From Arenicellales bacterium (GTDB lineage Bacteria > Pseudomonadota > Gammaproteobacteria > Arenicellales > JAJDZL01): a stretch of DNA of 64,000 nucleotides. The stretch's first letter is position 1, and every line of letters begins with the position of its first letter. The position numbers and the translations under genes are program-made. The notes beneath the pieces were generated by a model. The model worked only from the letters and a program-made list of their open reading frames with translations. It was not told where the DNA came from and made no database searches. This document shows positions 36,201-45,448 of the stretch, one piece after another. The stretch covers positions 132,914-196,913 of the forward strand of contig OZ243975.1 in NCBI GenBank assembly GCA_965214785.1, in the 5' to 3' direction.

Positions 36201-38752
36201 AAGCGCCAAAGACACTACCAACCGGGGTGAGCTATGCCAACCTTGGAGGCAGCGATCCTGCCAAGGCGCCGACAGTGACTTTTGCAGGTTCTACAGGTGG
36301 TGTATCTTCACTGACAGCAACACTGACGCTGACCACAGTTGCCGACAGCGAAGCTGAAGATGATAAAGAGACCGTTACAGTCAAATTGGGTACGCCGGCT
36401 ACAACAGGATTAGGCGGCGGTGTTTCGACTTCTGGAAACGTACAGTTCTCCATCTTGGAGCCTGTACCTGAGATTTCTATTACAGCGAAGACACAATCAG
36501 TTGCAGAAGGTACAGATGCGGTTTTTACTGTAAAAGCTAGCCGATCTTCAGGATCTGACCTTACAGTTAATCTTACAGTCTCAGAATCGGACGGCAGTGA
36601 CTTTGTTGCCGCAGATAAAGAAGGTACAGCTACAGTGACCATCACCAAAGGGGAGACGGAAGCTGACTTTTCAGTACCAACTGTAAACGATTCTGTCAAT
36701 GAGCCCGATGGGTCGGTAACCGTAACGGTTGTCGAAGACGGTGAAAAAGGACAGTATTACTCTCAAGCCTCATCACCCGATGATTCAGCTTCTATAAAAA
36801 TCACCGACAACGATTCAGTTGCGACGGGACCGGAATTCTCTGTAGCTGATGAAACCGCCAATGAGAATGTGGGTTTAATGTACTTTACAGTTCGCTTGGA
36901 TCGTTCATTGAGTCAAAAAGTACAAGTGACATTCAACGTACGCGAATCGAGTCCTGTCTCAGCCCGTATGGGACAAGATTACTTTTGGTGGTGGGAGGAC
37001 GGTCTTGCGCTTACCTTTTATCCGGGTCAGACCCAAAAGAAGATGTGGGTATATGTCTATAACGACAATCACGACGAAGACCCTGAGACCTTTGAGGTGG
37101 TGTTATCGAATCCGACAGGGGCTACAGCCATCGGTGATGGTGTTGCGGTTGGTACCATTGTGAACTCTGATCCGATGCCAGCTGCGTGGTTGTCGAGGTT
37201 TGGGCGCACCGCTGCGCAGCAAGCCTTAGACGGCATTGCCGCTCGCATTGAATCTTCAAGAACTTCAGGTATTGAAGGCTCTATAGCCGGACAGGCACTT
37301 GTGTTTGATCCAAAATCCAAATCACTTGTCACAAGCGGTGATGGACAAAGCGGAGCACAAAACAGTACTGCAAACAGTCTTACTGAAACATCATCGCTTG
37401 CAAGCTTTGATGTGCAGCATGCATTTGGAGATACAAAAGACGCATCAGGCAATACCGATACCTTCGGTTATCAGTCGTATTCTATGACTGAGAAAGAAGC
37501 GCTTTTGGCAAGCTCTTTCACGGCAACCGAAGATAAAGACACAAGCGGGGGTTCTTTAGCCTTTTGGGGTAAAGCTTCACAATCGAACTTCGATGGTACT
37601 GAAGGCACATTTTCGTTGGACGGAGAGGCGACTACTTTGATGAGCGGTACCGATTATGCACGAGGCGAGTGGCTTTTAGGCATCGCATTGATGCAATCCA
37701 AAGGCAAAGGCGGTTATCGCGATACCGATACGGTAAAGCAAGCGGATCTTCCAGAATGTAAAGAAAAAGACAATGACACTTTATCTGAAGATGCAAGAAA
37801 GGTTTTATGCAACGGTGCGATCCTAAAAGGCAGCGGTGATGTTGAAGCGACTTTGACTGCAGCTGTACCCTATGCATCGTTTGATGCGACTGAGCGTCTT
37901 AAGGTATGGGGTGCATTGGGTTTGGGTACAGGCGATGTGACGTTAAAGCCCAATGTCGGCGGCAAGTTAAGTTCCGATATCTCCTGGACCATGGCAGCAG
38001 GTGGCCTGCGCGGGGATGTGATCTCACAAGGAAGTGGTTTTTCCCTTGCTGTCAAATCCGATGTGCTGTGGGCGCGTACCACTTCAGATAAGACCAATCA
38101 GCTGGCGGCATCGGATTCGACAGTGACGCGTCTTCGCTTTGGTCTTGAAGGGTCATGGAACATGGCATTGGACGGCAATGGCACTCTGACACCGAAACTT
38201 GAAGCCGGCATGCGCCATGACGGCGGTGATGCGGAGAGCGGATTCGGTGTAGAGTTAGGAGGAAGTGTTGTATGGACAGATCCAACACTTGGCATGTCAT
38301 TGGATGTATCGGGCAGAACGCTTGTCACCCACGACGATGATGATCTAAAAGACTCAGGCTTTGCAGCATCGCTGATCTGGGATCCGAAACCTACAACCGC
38401 ACGCGGAGCGTCGTTTACTGTGAACTTGGACCGCGGCGCTCAGGCCAAAGGCGGCATGGATGCGTTATTTACCCCGCAGACCATAGACAGGCGTAGCGGT
38501 ACAACTGCAACTTCCGGTCGCTGGCGGGCGCAAGCTGCCTATGGCGTAGCGGCTCCGGGTGGTCGTTATGTCTCAAGTCCCTATATGGGTCTGGGTCTGG
38601 GTGCAGGTACGCGCGAATACACATTGGGTTGGAAGATCACGCCTGAGCCCAATGCACCGGATGTGTCTTTTGGGCTTCGCACCACGCGTACTGAATCCGA
38701 TTCGGCTTCTGCGCATCATGATGTGCGGTTCGAGGCGATTGCCCGCTGGTAG
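30293..38752 (+). CDS. Giant (2,819 aa) autotransporter adhesin with a Calx-beta / cadherin-like / FN3 multi-domain passenger
   Basis: - RBS AAAGGAG 7 nt before the ATG.
- ~66-aa extended signal peptide ending AGAQA/QT.
- Dystroglycan-type cadherin-like domain at ~31597-31891.
- Five NW(S/N)xxQT(V/I) modules.
- FN3 at ~34950-35210.
- Canonical Calx-beta units at ~35690-37150.
- Autotransporter linker and beta-barrel from ~37170 (AAWLSRFGRTAAQQALDGI ... RFEAIARW-stop). Confidence 0.85.
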   Translation: MNGSSKDRTDNPVIEIRLWSWFKQCSRLNRCEAGAASQYAGRLFRNVMTGFIALLVAVGLSAGAQAQTPTLPAVAPTEIYEGETLEFTLSVTRNFGLFPWTDGYNYLEPDSGGTATEGNSSDWYLADSGGNRIAQYSQSNSTPRLVTTGDGTQYYEIDFRLHARADSATESDETIRLYLHDEYDSHDNDYLTITLKDGTRPVMVTDGVTLSASALTLTELGSSSDVEKTYTVVLDTDPGADVTFTATVPAANSSEVEIKTGSGAFGSSATLTFTHGNTGNWSSAQTVTVRALNDADATNTTSFNLTHSLTVASGPYASITPDPVAVSVTDAGHGVTVSKASVSLAADGTVDYTIQLKSQPGGSVVITPTSSATARATVSGALTFTNSNWSTPQTVTVTGAGTGSATISHMVTTGTTDYPTSTTIASVTATVNAAANNTPTVANMIPDQTATVGTVLSYAFPANTFNDADNDNLTYSATKSDDTALPTWLTFTSGTRTFSGTPQAADVGTLSVKVTANDGNSGTVSDTFDIVVSHPARNLDIQVADAYEGENIVVTLTLSRAPGNVVARQRTFRVSTDVPSASNVNICISSYGCEAGSTPAAAADFFTVTGTDVVFGPSDTVKSVSLPTVTDSASEGVEVASIDILYSPGTGDLGIFTHGSTQVTGRNGFIAAPNLQETNIEVGSYGQIRDGARPVPITITEAGGTTVSEDGSTTTDSYTVVLDSQPRASVTVSATAGTGAQVQGPGGTAGGAATLTFTTTNWNQAQTITVTGVDDDIDNTGDARTVTIAHAASSTDSTYTIANAGEVSVTVTDDDTAGLVFSPDPVSVNEGETGSYTVALASEPSGNVTVTITGQGGSTDLTLDTDSVMAGDQDTLTFTTSNWSAAQTVELTAAEDNDSNNDSITLAHVPTGGSYGNAQNKNLAVTITDDEGLTPVISMSLPSGESEMYTDDDELIRPESEGGTGVLFTVSADRPLPSTLTVCVRVTESGGDRVTSGNEGIKTVSLPSETLTTSSNTHSLTWTNTNTDDQDSSVTVEIVAPNTASCSATNGSYTVSSSDASGKLLIKDDEPTTVELTSSDNTMIEGIAAHTATLTVSLSRQLYAGEVIVVPLTLASSTGARLPGSTNSGTANHDFTVAAAAASGHSGVTIADEETATPSLTFTGHGTNTVQTATVTLTPVAGRSDGDSTPETITATLATDSVLGASGTSTTVSGGAARHASNYMVSLTLAEPGTPGITLSPPGSLRLLETGTTSYTVVLDAAPTHDVTVTVTKSQAGLTGTGRTPDQNAADPSSNQLTFTTTNWSQPQTVTVTGADESGRHRNRAMRLIHSAGSTDSRYTGVNTNIRVDVDDAPELEAWDLAVMNANDYVAKQRPNTVKATRGFRYFQNDMTPIYPLRYQLRLSNRPASGETVTVTATSSDISKFGLSLTSGGTPQASLTVTFEDRPADRVCFNGGHSSLFDVNTSNPDASWACYRQIWVISTQQYSTFEKGCANITHTASGGGLRSTAIGTIRAHAVAGTAFAPYSAPGSDCPLITEELSTGRSAPAKAAPTPTEVVANVQVTAVDDTSASVTWDAVEHATSYDVSWSAESSDALNASAGDLPGITGTTATIDHGASVPMTLTVTVTPEYVDENGDTVQLDDLGTTATLEVGPGSDALRTEAQSPDTQSTQSAVTTVQRLEAAKLCVSDTLMEKTKRYYELHRNKAPGYGANWFAILTAFGERTQADWTADSRSIEPMSSASSRERESKWSGWKPFTEALECVEAELAKVQAAAQAEAQAAEQEAEQADKVAPQVLPDDLTVTLESADSASGVTEGTQVSFTLKTDSAPTKELEVTVTVTQTGSVADTSATGERTVTIPVGKTEAAFTVATIADDTDEVQGSLTATVSDGTGYKTEDQSASVTVAVKDDDATSITLSASADDLTEIVSEGSSEKTLTVTLGRTLIEGESIEVPLVFTGTASLGSDYTLEAPKTLPTGVSYANLGGSDPAKAPTVTFAGSTGGVSSLTATLTLTTVADSEAEDDKETVTVKLGTPATTGLGGGVSTSGNVQFSILEPVPEISITAKTQSVAEGTDAVFTVKASRSSGSDLTVNLTVSESDGSDFVAADKEGTATVTITKGETEADFSVPTVNDSVNEPDGSVTVTVVEDGEKGQYYSQASSPDDSASIKITDNDSVATGPEFSVADETANENVGLMYFTVRLDRSLSQKVQVTFNVRESSPVSARMGQDYFWWWEDGLALTFYPGQTQKKMWVYVYNDNHDEDPETFEVVLSNPTGATAIGDGVAVGTIVNSDPMPAAWLSRFGRTAAQQALDGIAARIESSRTSGIEGSIAGQALVFDPKSKSLVTSGDGQSGAQNSTANSLTETSSLASFDVQHAFGDTKDASGNTDTFGYQSYSMTEKEALLASSFTATEDKDTSGGSLAFWGKASQSNFDGTEGTFSLDGEATTLMSGTDYARGEWLLGIALMQSKGKGGYRDTDTVKQADLPECKEKDNDTLSEDARKVLCNGAILKGSGDVEATLTAAVPYASFDATERLKVWGALGLGTGDVTLKPNVGGKLSSDISWTMAAGGLRGDVISQGSGFSLAVKSDVLWARTTSDKTNQLAASDSTVTRLRFGLEGSWNMALDGNGTLTPKLEAGMRHDGGDAESGFGVELGGSVVWTDPTLGMSLDVSGRTLVTHDDDDLKDSGFAASLIWDPKPTTARGASFTVNLDRGAQAKGGMDALFTPQTIDRRSGTTATSGRWRAQAAYGVAAPGGRYVSSPYMGLGLGAGTREYTLGWKITPEPNAPDVSFGLRTTRTESDSASAHHDVRFEAIARW
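30880..35160 (+). other. High-GC, high-GC3 cassette internal to the adhesin ORF
   Basis: Line 31021-31080 is 41/60 G+C (68%), against 25/60 (42%) at 36481-36540 in the same ORF. Long antisense ORFs exist only here. Boundaries were estimated by eye to within roughly 50 nt. Confidence 0.8.
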
Positions 38753-39387
38753 GGGAAAGTAACAGACAACAAAAGCGGTTATGTGGATGAGGCGCTGTGC
38801 AGGCATGGCGCTTCGTCCGCACTGTTTTGGCCGATGACGCAGGAATCGGGAAGTAAAACAGTACCGTCTCACCTCGCATTTTGTTTCAATCCAATTGAGT
38901 CAGTTGAATGCCTGCGGCTTGCGGTTTTTCAAATCTGAAAGCGTCAAATGTGTCAGCAGCTCGGTGCGGTTGAGATTGAAAATGAATGCAACGCAAATTG
39001 CCCAATCTCCAAATCGATAATCAAAAGTAAAAAAACTCATAAAATAAGGGGGTAAAACAACCACGAGGCGCACGATGAATGCATATTACGTTGATGACAG
39101 ACTACGTTTTGAACGCAGTTTTGTTTATATGACTTATCTGTTGTGCACTTTTGAAAATTGAATTGCATTTTGCAAACCGATCTAACCCGGCATCATTATC
39201 ATGTCGTCGCATCCAATCTCGCTGTTGTGTTGAATCGCCATCGAATGGCACAGCGCGTCTTGCGCACAATCGAATCCACGAAAAACCGTTGCGGTCGCTG
39301 AGTTTTGATTAGCTGCAGCTCGCTAAGATGCAGATTGTTCAATAAGAAAAACCGAATTTAACCTTGACAAAAAAAGGAACCCCTTTC

Positions 39388-42300
39388 ATGTCTATTCTTC
39401 ATTCACAGCAAACACAAACTCTCATCAACCGTATCGTAAGCGATGGCGGCGAATATTCTGCCGGCGACGCTGGACAGTTCCCGCAATTCGTTCGACACTA
39501 TTATTACGGCGTGCCTTTCGATGCTTTAAATGAAAGAGACCTTTTCGACTTGCGCGGTGCAGCACTGGCACATTTCGAACTGGGAAGAGTACGCGAACGC
39601 AACGCGTTCAATCTGCGAATATATACCCCCGATGTTGAACACGATGGATGGCGCTCAAAACATTCGGTACTGGAGGTTGTTACTCAGGACCGTCCATTTT
39701 TGGTCGATTCCGTCTCAATGGTTTTGAACGCCTTGGGTTTAAAAATTCACTTGAGTGTTCACCCCGTGTTTGTGGTTCGTCGCGATGCCAACGGCCTACT
39801 TGACAAAGTTGCCTCACCGCTGGATGCGGATTTTCTCGACGGCGTGCACGAATCATATTTGCATTTTCAGTTTGATACACCTGCAACTGAAAAAGACATC
39901 GAAGTGCTGCGATCTCGATTGCAAGAAACTTTCGAGTTTGTTGAGTCAGCAGTCGAAGACTGGCCAAATATGCGAAACCGCGTCAATGAGGCTGCGGCAA
40001 GGCTTAGAACACGAAATGGACAGCAAGAAGACGTAAACGCGGTGGAACTGGCGGAATTTCTAGAATGGTTAAGCAATGGAAATTTCGCATTGCTCGGGTA
40101 CTGCGAGTTTAGAACATCGAAAAACAAAGGAATGTCACTAAACGAAAAATCTGTTCTCGGCGTGTTAAGGCAGATGGACAAAATCGATGATGTGATGCCC
40201 GTTGATGAATTTCGTACTGATAAAAACGAACAGGAACTGCTTATTACCAAGGCGAATATTCATGCGCCTGTCCACCGCGCATCGTTCATGGATTTGATTC
40301 GAATACCAAAATACTCAAAAACCGGTAGTTGCACCGGTGTCAGTGTTGTGGCAGGACTATTTAGTTCTACGGCTTACAATCGAAGTGCGAGCAATATACC
40401 TGTGCTGCGGCTTAAGACCAAGCATGTATTGCAAAAAAGCCGTTTTTCAGAAACGACGCACAGCATCCGGGCTTTGACGAACATCATCGACAACTACCCC
40501 CGTGACCTGCTGTTCAGAGTGACAGGTGAGGAATTGTTTGAAGACGTTGCAGGAATTTTGGAACTTCAGGAGCGTCATCGAATCAGGGTCTTCTTACGCC
40601 GCGAGAAATTCGGTCGTTACTACTCCGCAATTGTTTATATCCCCCAGGAATTGTTCAATCGAACACTGCGGATTCGAATCGAAGAGATTCTGATGGAATC
40701 GCTCGGCGGCATTTCGTCAGAGTTTTTCGCTACATTTTCCGAATCGGTCCTCGCCCGTATAACTTACACGATTCATGTTGAAAAGAACTCCAATGCGCTT
40801 CGACAATTACCTGAAATCCAGCAATTGGTTGAAGACGCTGCAATCACCTGGGAAGACCAGCTGCATAAAGCAACAGTAGAACGCTATGGCGATGAAAAAG
40901 GATCGCAGTTGTTCAAACAATTTGAAAATGCGTTTAGCAGCGGCTACCAGGAGAAATATTCTCCCTGGATGGTAGCTGCTGAACTGGAACGCTTTTCAGC
41001 ACTAAGTGCAGACAATCGCCTAATCGTCTCATTTTTTCGACCACTTGGGAATTCAGATGATGAATCGGTTCGTCTTAAGTTGTATTGTTATGAAGACCAG
41101 ATCTCACCTTCTGATGCTTTGCCATTCATGGAGAATTTTGGGCTGCGGGTGCTTGAAGAGACTCCATACAAAATTACACCAGTCTCTGGTGAGGAACTAT
41201 GGGTGCATGATTTTGTTGTCATCCACGCGAACAAAACACAACTTGATCCGAACTCCCAGCGGGACAACTTCGAAAACGCTTTCGGTCATATCTGGCATGG
41301 GGATGCAGACAACGATAAATTCAACAAACTGATACTGATCGCCAATCTAAGCTGGCGACAGGTAGTGGTCTTGCGGGCATATCGTCGATATCTCAAGCAA
41401 ATTGGCAACCCGTTCAGTGAAGTGTATATCACCTCAACACTAATGAATCATGTTGAAATGACAATCAACCTGATTCAGTATTTTGAGCTGAAATTCAACC
41501 CGGCATCGAAAGCGACAAAACGGCAGCTAAATAAGCTTGTTGATGAAATGGAGTCTTATCTGGACGAGATTAGCAGTTTGGATGAGGATCTCATTTTGCG
41601 CAGTTACTTAAACGCAATTGACTCAACGATTCGCACCAATTATTACCGAACAGATGACAGCGGTGACTGTCTGCCGTATCTTTCTTTCAAGTTCGATGCA
41701 TCGAAAATTATGAAAATGCCGGACCCTCGTCCGATGTTCGAGATTTTCGTGTATTCAACACGAACCGAAGCGGTTCATCTTCGAGGTGGCAAAGTCGCTA
41801 GAGGCGGATTGCGCTGGTCAGACCGAAGAGAAGATTTTCGAACCGAAGTGCTCGGGCTGGTGAAAGCGCAAATGGTAAAAAATGCAGTCATTGTTCCGGT
41901 TGGTTCAAAAGGAGGCTTCGTTATCAAAAAATCGCCACCTAAAGGATCAACCCTGTTGGATGAAGCCATCTTCTGTTACAAGACGTTTATTCGAGGCATG
42001 CTTGACATTACCGATAACATCGTCGGAGACAAGCTAGTCAGTCCGCCAGATGTCGTTCGTTATGATGAGGACGACCCTTACCTTGTCGTTGCCGCTGACA
42101 AGGGGACAGCAACGTTTTCTGATATTGCAAACAGCATATCGGAAGAATACGGATTTTGGCTGGGAGACGCTTTTGCTTCGGGCGGATCGGTGGGTTACGA
42201 TCACAAGGGAATGGGAATTACCGCCCGCGGGGCGTGGGAGTCCGTTAAACGTCACTTCCGGGAACTTGGAACTGATGTCCAGAAAAATGAATTTACCGTG

Positions 42301-44193
42301 ATTGGTGTTGGAGACATGAGCGGTGATGTTTTTGGTAACGGCATGTTGCTTTCAAAGCATATTCAGCTCGTCGGCGCTTTCAATCACATTGAAATATTTC
42401 TTGATCCAAATCCAAATGCAGCAAAAAGCTGGCTGGAGCGCAAACGTCTGTTCGATTCGCCTGGATTGACATGGAAAGACTATGACAAGAAGTTGATTTC
42501 TGCCGGTGGAGGCGTCTATGACAGAAGTGCGAAAGCCATTGAAATTTCAGACGAAGTTCAAAAGCGTCTGAATATTTCAGCATCGTCCTTGACTCCTAAT
42601 GAGTTATTGAATGCCATGCTGAAAGCCCCAGTGGATTTACTGTGGAATGGTGGAATCGGAACATACGTCAAAGCTTCAACAGAATCCCATGCTGACGCAG
42701 AGAACCGCGCAAACGATACGATTCGGGTTGATGGAAATGAACTCGGATGCAAAGTCGTCGGTGAGGGAGGCAATCTTGGCATGACACAATTGGGACGAGT
42801 TGAGTTTTGTCTAAGTGGCGGACGGTGTTATACCGATTTTATCGATAACTCCGGAGGTGTTGACTGTTCAGATCACGAGGTAAACATCAAGATACTGCTC
42901 AACCAGATTGTCAGTAACGGAGAACTCACCGTTAAGCAGCGAAAAAAATTGCTAAGCGATATGACCGAAGAAGTATCGGAACTGGTACTGTTTGACAATT
43001 ACCAGCAAAGTCAGGCACTCAGTTTGGTCAATGTTGAGTCGCGCCAGCTCCTGCGTGAACATATTCGATTTATTAGAAACCTTGAATCTAGAGGCGAGCT
43101 GAATCGGGAACTCGAATTCTTGCCTGACAGAGACGAATTAAAAAGACGTGAAGCAGAGGGAATCGGGTTAAAGTTTCCCGAGTTATCTGTCCTGCTTGCC
43201 TATTCAAAGATGACTTTGTATCAGGATTTGCTGAAATCGGATGTGCCAGAAGACCAGTTTTTAGTTAGAGACCTAAACGACTATTTTCCCAATCGGCTTG
43301 CAAAGCGATTTGGTGAAGAAATTCTCAAACATCGGCTAAAAAGAGAAATTATTGCTACATATGCGACCAATAACCTGATCAATCGGGTAGGTCCTACTTT
43401 CATACTGCGTATGAATCAGTTTACCGGCGCAGATAATGCAGACATCACGCGTGCATATTGCGCAGCGAGGGATATTTTCGATTTAAACGGAATTTGGAGC
43501 GAAATTGAAGCATTGGATAATTTGGTTCCAGCACAAACACAAATGACCATGCTTTCGTATGCCAGCGGCTTGCTCGAAAGGGCAACTTTGTGGCTGCTTC
43601 GACATCGAGCACTGCCTTTGAATATCGAACAGACGGTAAATTACTACAAAGAAGATATTGCTGAGTTGGCAGACTGTTTTCCTGACATATTAGACAGGCA
43701 ATACACCACAAATTTGGCAAAGCACGTACGCGAGCTGGTAAAAAATGATGTTCCGGAGATGATTGCCAGACGAATTGCGAAATTCATTCCGCTTTCGACT
43801 GCGTTCGATATGATCGAAATCGCCAAGTCTACTAAAAAACCCGTACCGTTTGTTGCCAAGGCATATTTCGAAGTTGGGTCTAAACTGGAATTGATGTGGA
43901 TTCGTCAGAAAGTGGCCACACTTCCTGTCGACAATCACTGGCACAATCTTGCAAAATCCAGGTTAAGCGATGACATTCATTCGCATCAATACGCGATTAC
44001 AAGTGATGTTGTTCGAGATGGCAAGTCATCAGATCCATCCAAGGTGGTTTCAGAATGGATGCAAAACAACAACAATGGATGCCGCATGCTGGCCAACATC
44101 ATTTCTGATATGAAATCGCTCAGCAAGATTGATTTTGCAACATTGTCGGTTGCAATCAGCGAGGTTTACCTTCTAAGCAGGGTGTCAGATTAG
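39388..44193 (+). CDS. gdhB: NAD-specific glutamate dehydrogenase, large (~180 kDa) GdhB type
   Basis: ~1,600 aa. Core RGGLRWSDRREDFRTEVLGLVKAQMVKNAVIVPVGSKGGF. ATG at 39388 with RBS AAAGGA. The track ORF opens at TTG 39364. Confidence 0.9.
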   Translation: MSILHSQQTQTLINRIVSDGGEYSAGDAGQFPQFVRHYYYGVPFDALNERDLFDLRGAALAHFELGRVRERNAFNLRIYTPDVEHDGWRSKHSVLEVVTQDRPFLVDSVSMVLNALGLKIHLSVHPVFVVRRDANGLLDKVASPLDADFLDGVHESYLHFQFDTPATEKDIEVLRSRLQETFEFVESAVEDWPNMRNRVNEAAARLRTRNGQQEDVNAVELAEFLEWLSNGNFALLGYCEFRTSKNKGMSLNEKSVLGVLRQMDKIDDVMPVDEFRTDKNEQELLITKANIHAPVHRASFMDLIRIPKYSKTGSCTGVSVVAGLFSSTAYNRSASNIPVLRLKTKHVLQKSRFSETTHSIRALTNIIDNYPRDLLFRVTGEELFEDVAGILELQERHRIRVFLRREKFGRYYSAIVYIPQELFNRTLRIRIEEILMESLGGISSEFFATFSESVLARITYTIHVEKNSNALRQLPEIQQLVEDAAITWEDQLHKATVERYGDEKGSQLFKQFENAFSSGYQEKYSPWMVAAELERFSALSADNRLIVSFFRPLGNSDDESVRLKLYCYEDQISPSDALPFMENFGLRVLEETPYKITPVSGEELWVHDFVVIHANKTQLDPNSQRDNFENAFGHIWHGDADNDKFNKLILIANLSWRQVVVLRAYRRYLKQIGNPFSEVYITSTLMNHVEMTINLIQYFELKFNPASKATKRQLNKLVDEMESYLDEISSLDEDLILRSYLNAIDSTIRTNYYRTDDSGDCLPYLSFKFDASKIMKMPDPRPMFEIFVYSTRTEAVHLRGGKVARGGLRWSDRREDFRTEVLGLVKAQMVKNAVIVPVGSKGGFVIKKSPPKGSTLLDEAIFCYKTFIRGMLDITDNIVGDKLVSPPDVVRYDEDDPYLVVAADKGTATFSDIANSISEEYGFWLGDAFASGGSVGYDHKGMGITARGAWESVKRHFRELGTDVQKNEFTVIGVGDMSGDVFGNGMLLSKHIQLVGAFNHIEIFLDPNPNAAKSWLERKRLFDSPGLTWKDYDKKLISAGGGVYDRSAKAIEISDEVQKRLNISASSLTPNELLNAMLKAPVDLLWNGGIGTYVKASTESHADAENRANDTIRVDGNELGCKVVGEGGNLGMTQLGRVEFCLSGGRCYTDFIDNSGGVDCSDHEVNIKILLNQIVSNGELTVKQRKKLLSDMTEEVSELVLFDNYQQSQALSLVNVESRQLLREHIRFIRNLESRGELNRELEFLPDRDELKRREAEGIGLKFPELSVLLAYSKMTLYQDLLKSDVPEDQFLVRDLNDYFPNRLAKRFGEEILKHRLKREIIATYATNNLINRVGPTFILRMNQFTGADNADITRAYCAARDIFDLNGIWSEIEALDNLVPAQTQMTMLSYASGLLERATLWLLRHRALPLNIEQTVNYYKEDIAELADCFPDILDRQYTTNLAKHVRELVKNDVPEMIARRIAKFIPLSTAFDMIEIAKSTKKPVPFVAKAYFEVGSKLELMWIRQKVATLPVDNHWHNLAKSRLSDDIHSHQYAITSDVVRDGKSSDPSKVVSEWMQNNNNGCRMLANIISDMKSLSKIDFATLSVAISEVYLLSRVSD

Positions 44194-44281
44194 TAACTGC
44201 AAATCAGTTCAGTGCAAATTGCAGGGCGGTGAAAATTCGACCCTATGTGCCGGTTTATTCGGTTCGCAAATCTACTCAACA

Positions 44282-45367
44282 CTAATCAAACACAATCACT
44301 GATCGAACCGACGACCCGCGTTTCAATTGTTCGAAACCGTCGTTTACCTGTTCCAAACTGATTCGTCTGGAAATCATCTCGTCAAGTTTGAGTTGTCCGC
44401 GTAAATAAAATTCGACGTAGCGCGGCATGTCTACTCGAAACCGATTGGACCCCATATTTGAGCCCTGAAGGCACTTGTCGTTAATCAGGTCGGCCGCTTC
44501 GATTTCAATCATCTCGCCTTGCGGAACCATACCGATGACTGTAGCCACGCCTGAAGGGCGCAGCATTCGGAAAGCTTGCTCGCAGGTTTGTTTTCTGCCA
44601 AGGGCTTCGAATGAATATTCGACGCCTCCCAAAGTCAATTCCTTGACAGCTTCGACAGGGTCACAATGATGAGCGTTGATCATGTCTGTTGCTCCAAACT
44701 TTTTGGCTGTCTCGAGTTTTTCGTCGCTGATATCAACTGCGATAATTCGTCCGGCTCCGGCGATTGCTGCCCCGTTGACAGCAGACAGCCCGACACCTCC
44801 GCATCCTATCACTGCGACCGTCGAACCGACTTCGATATCTGCGGTATTGGTTACTGCACCGAAACCGGTAGTCACGGCGCAGCCAATCAATGCGGCCCTG
44901 TCAAGTGGCATCTCAGGGGTGATTTTGACAACAGCGTGTTCATGTACGAGCATTTTTTCTGCAAACGAGGACAAGTCGTAGAATTGGTGAATGGTCTTAT
45001 TGCCTTGAGACAGACGCGGTTTTGATTTGGGATCACGGGATGTTTCCGGATTGTGGCAGCTGAAAGGCCTTCCAGTTATGCAGAACTCACAATGGCCGCA
45101 AAAAACCGAGAGACAGGTGATGACGTGGTCGCCCGGTTTGACGTAATTGACATCACTGCCAACCAGCTCAACCACACCAGATGCTTCGTGCCCCAGAATT
45201 GAAGGCGCTTGTGTGTAATACAAACCTTCGATATAGTGCAGATCTGAATGACAAATTCCTACTGCAGCGGTCCGGATAAGAACCTCGCGGGCCTGCGGTT
45301 TTGCGACATCTACTTCTTCAATCGTCAAAGACCTGTGGGGGCCATGAAAAATTGCGGCTTTCATCAA
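44282..45367 (-). CDS. Zinc-dependent alcohol dehydrogenase family oxidoreductase
   Basis: GICHSD zinc motif, structural-Zn Cys cluster (CGHCEFCITG), Rossmann VIGCGGVGLS. Confidence 0.85.
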   Translation of the reverse strand: MMKAAIFHGPHRSLTIEEVDVAKPQAREVLIRTAAVGICHSDLHYIEGLYYTQAPSILGHEASGVVELVGSDVNYVKPGDHVITCLSVFCGHCEFCITGRPFSCHNPETSRDPKSKPRLSQGNKTIHQFYDLSSFAEKMLVHEHAVVKITPEMPLDRAALIGCAVTTGFGAVTNTADIEVGSTVAVIGCGGVGLSAVNGAAIAGAGRIIAVDISDEKLETAKKFGATDMINAHHCDPVEAVKELTLGGVEYSFEALGRKQTCEQAFRMLRPSGVATVIGMVPQGEMIEIEAADLINDKCLQGSNMGSNRFRVDMPRYVEFYLRGQLKLDEMISRRISLEQVNDGFEQLKRGSSVRSVIVFD

Positions 45368-45448
45368 ACTCCTTTAACCCGAACAACCATCCCTTTGCAT
45401 TGATCACAAAGACGGTGCGACATCACTGTGTAGCGGTATCTGTCTCGA

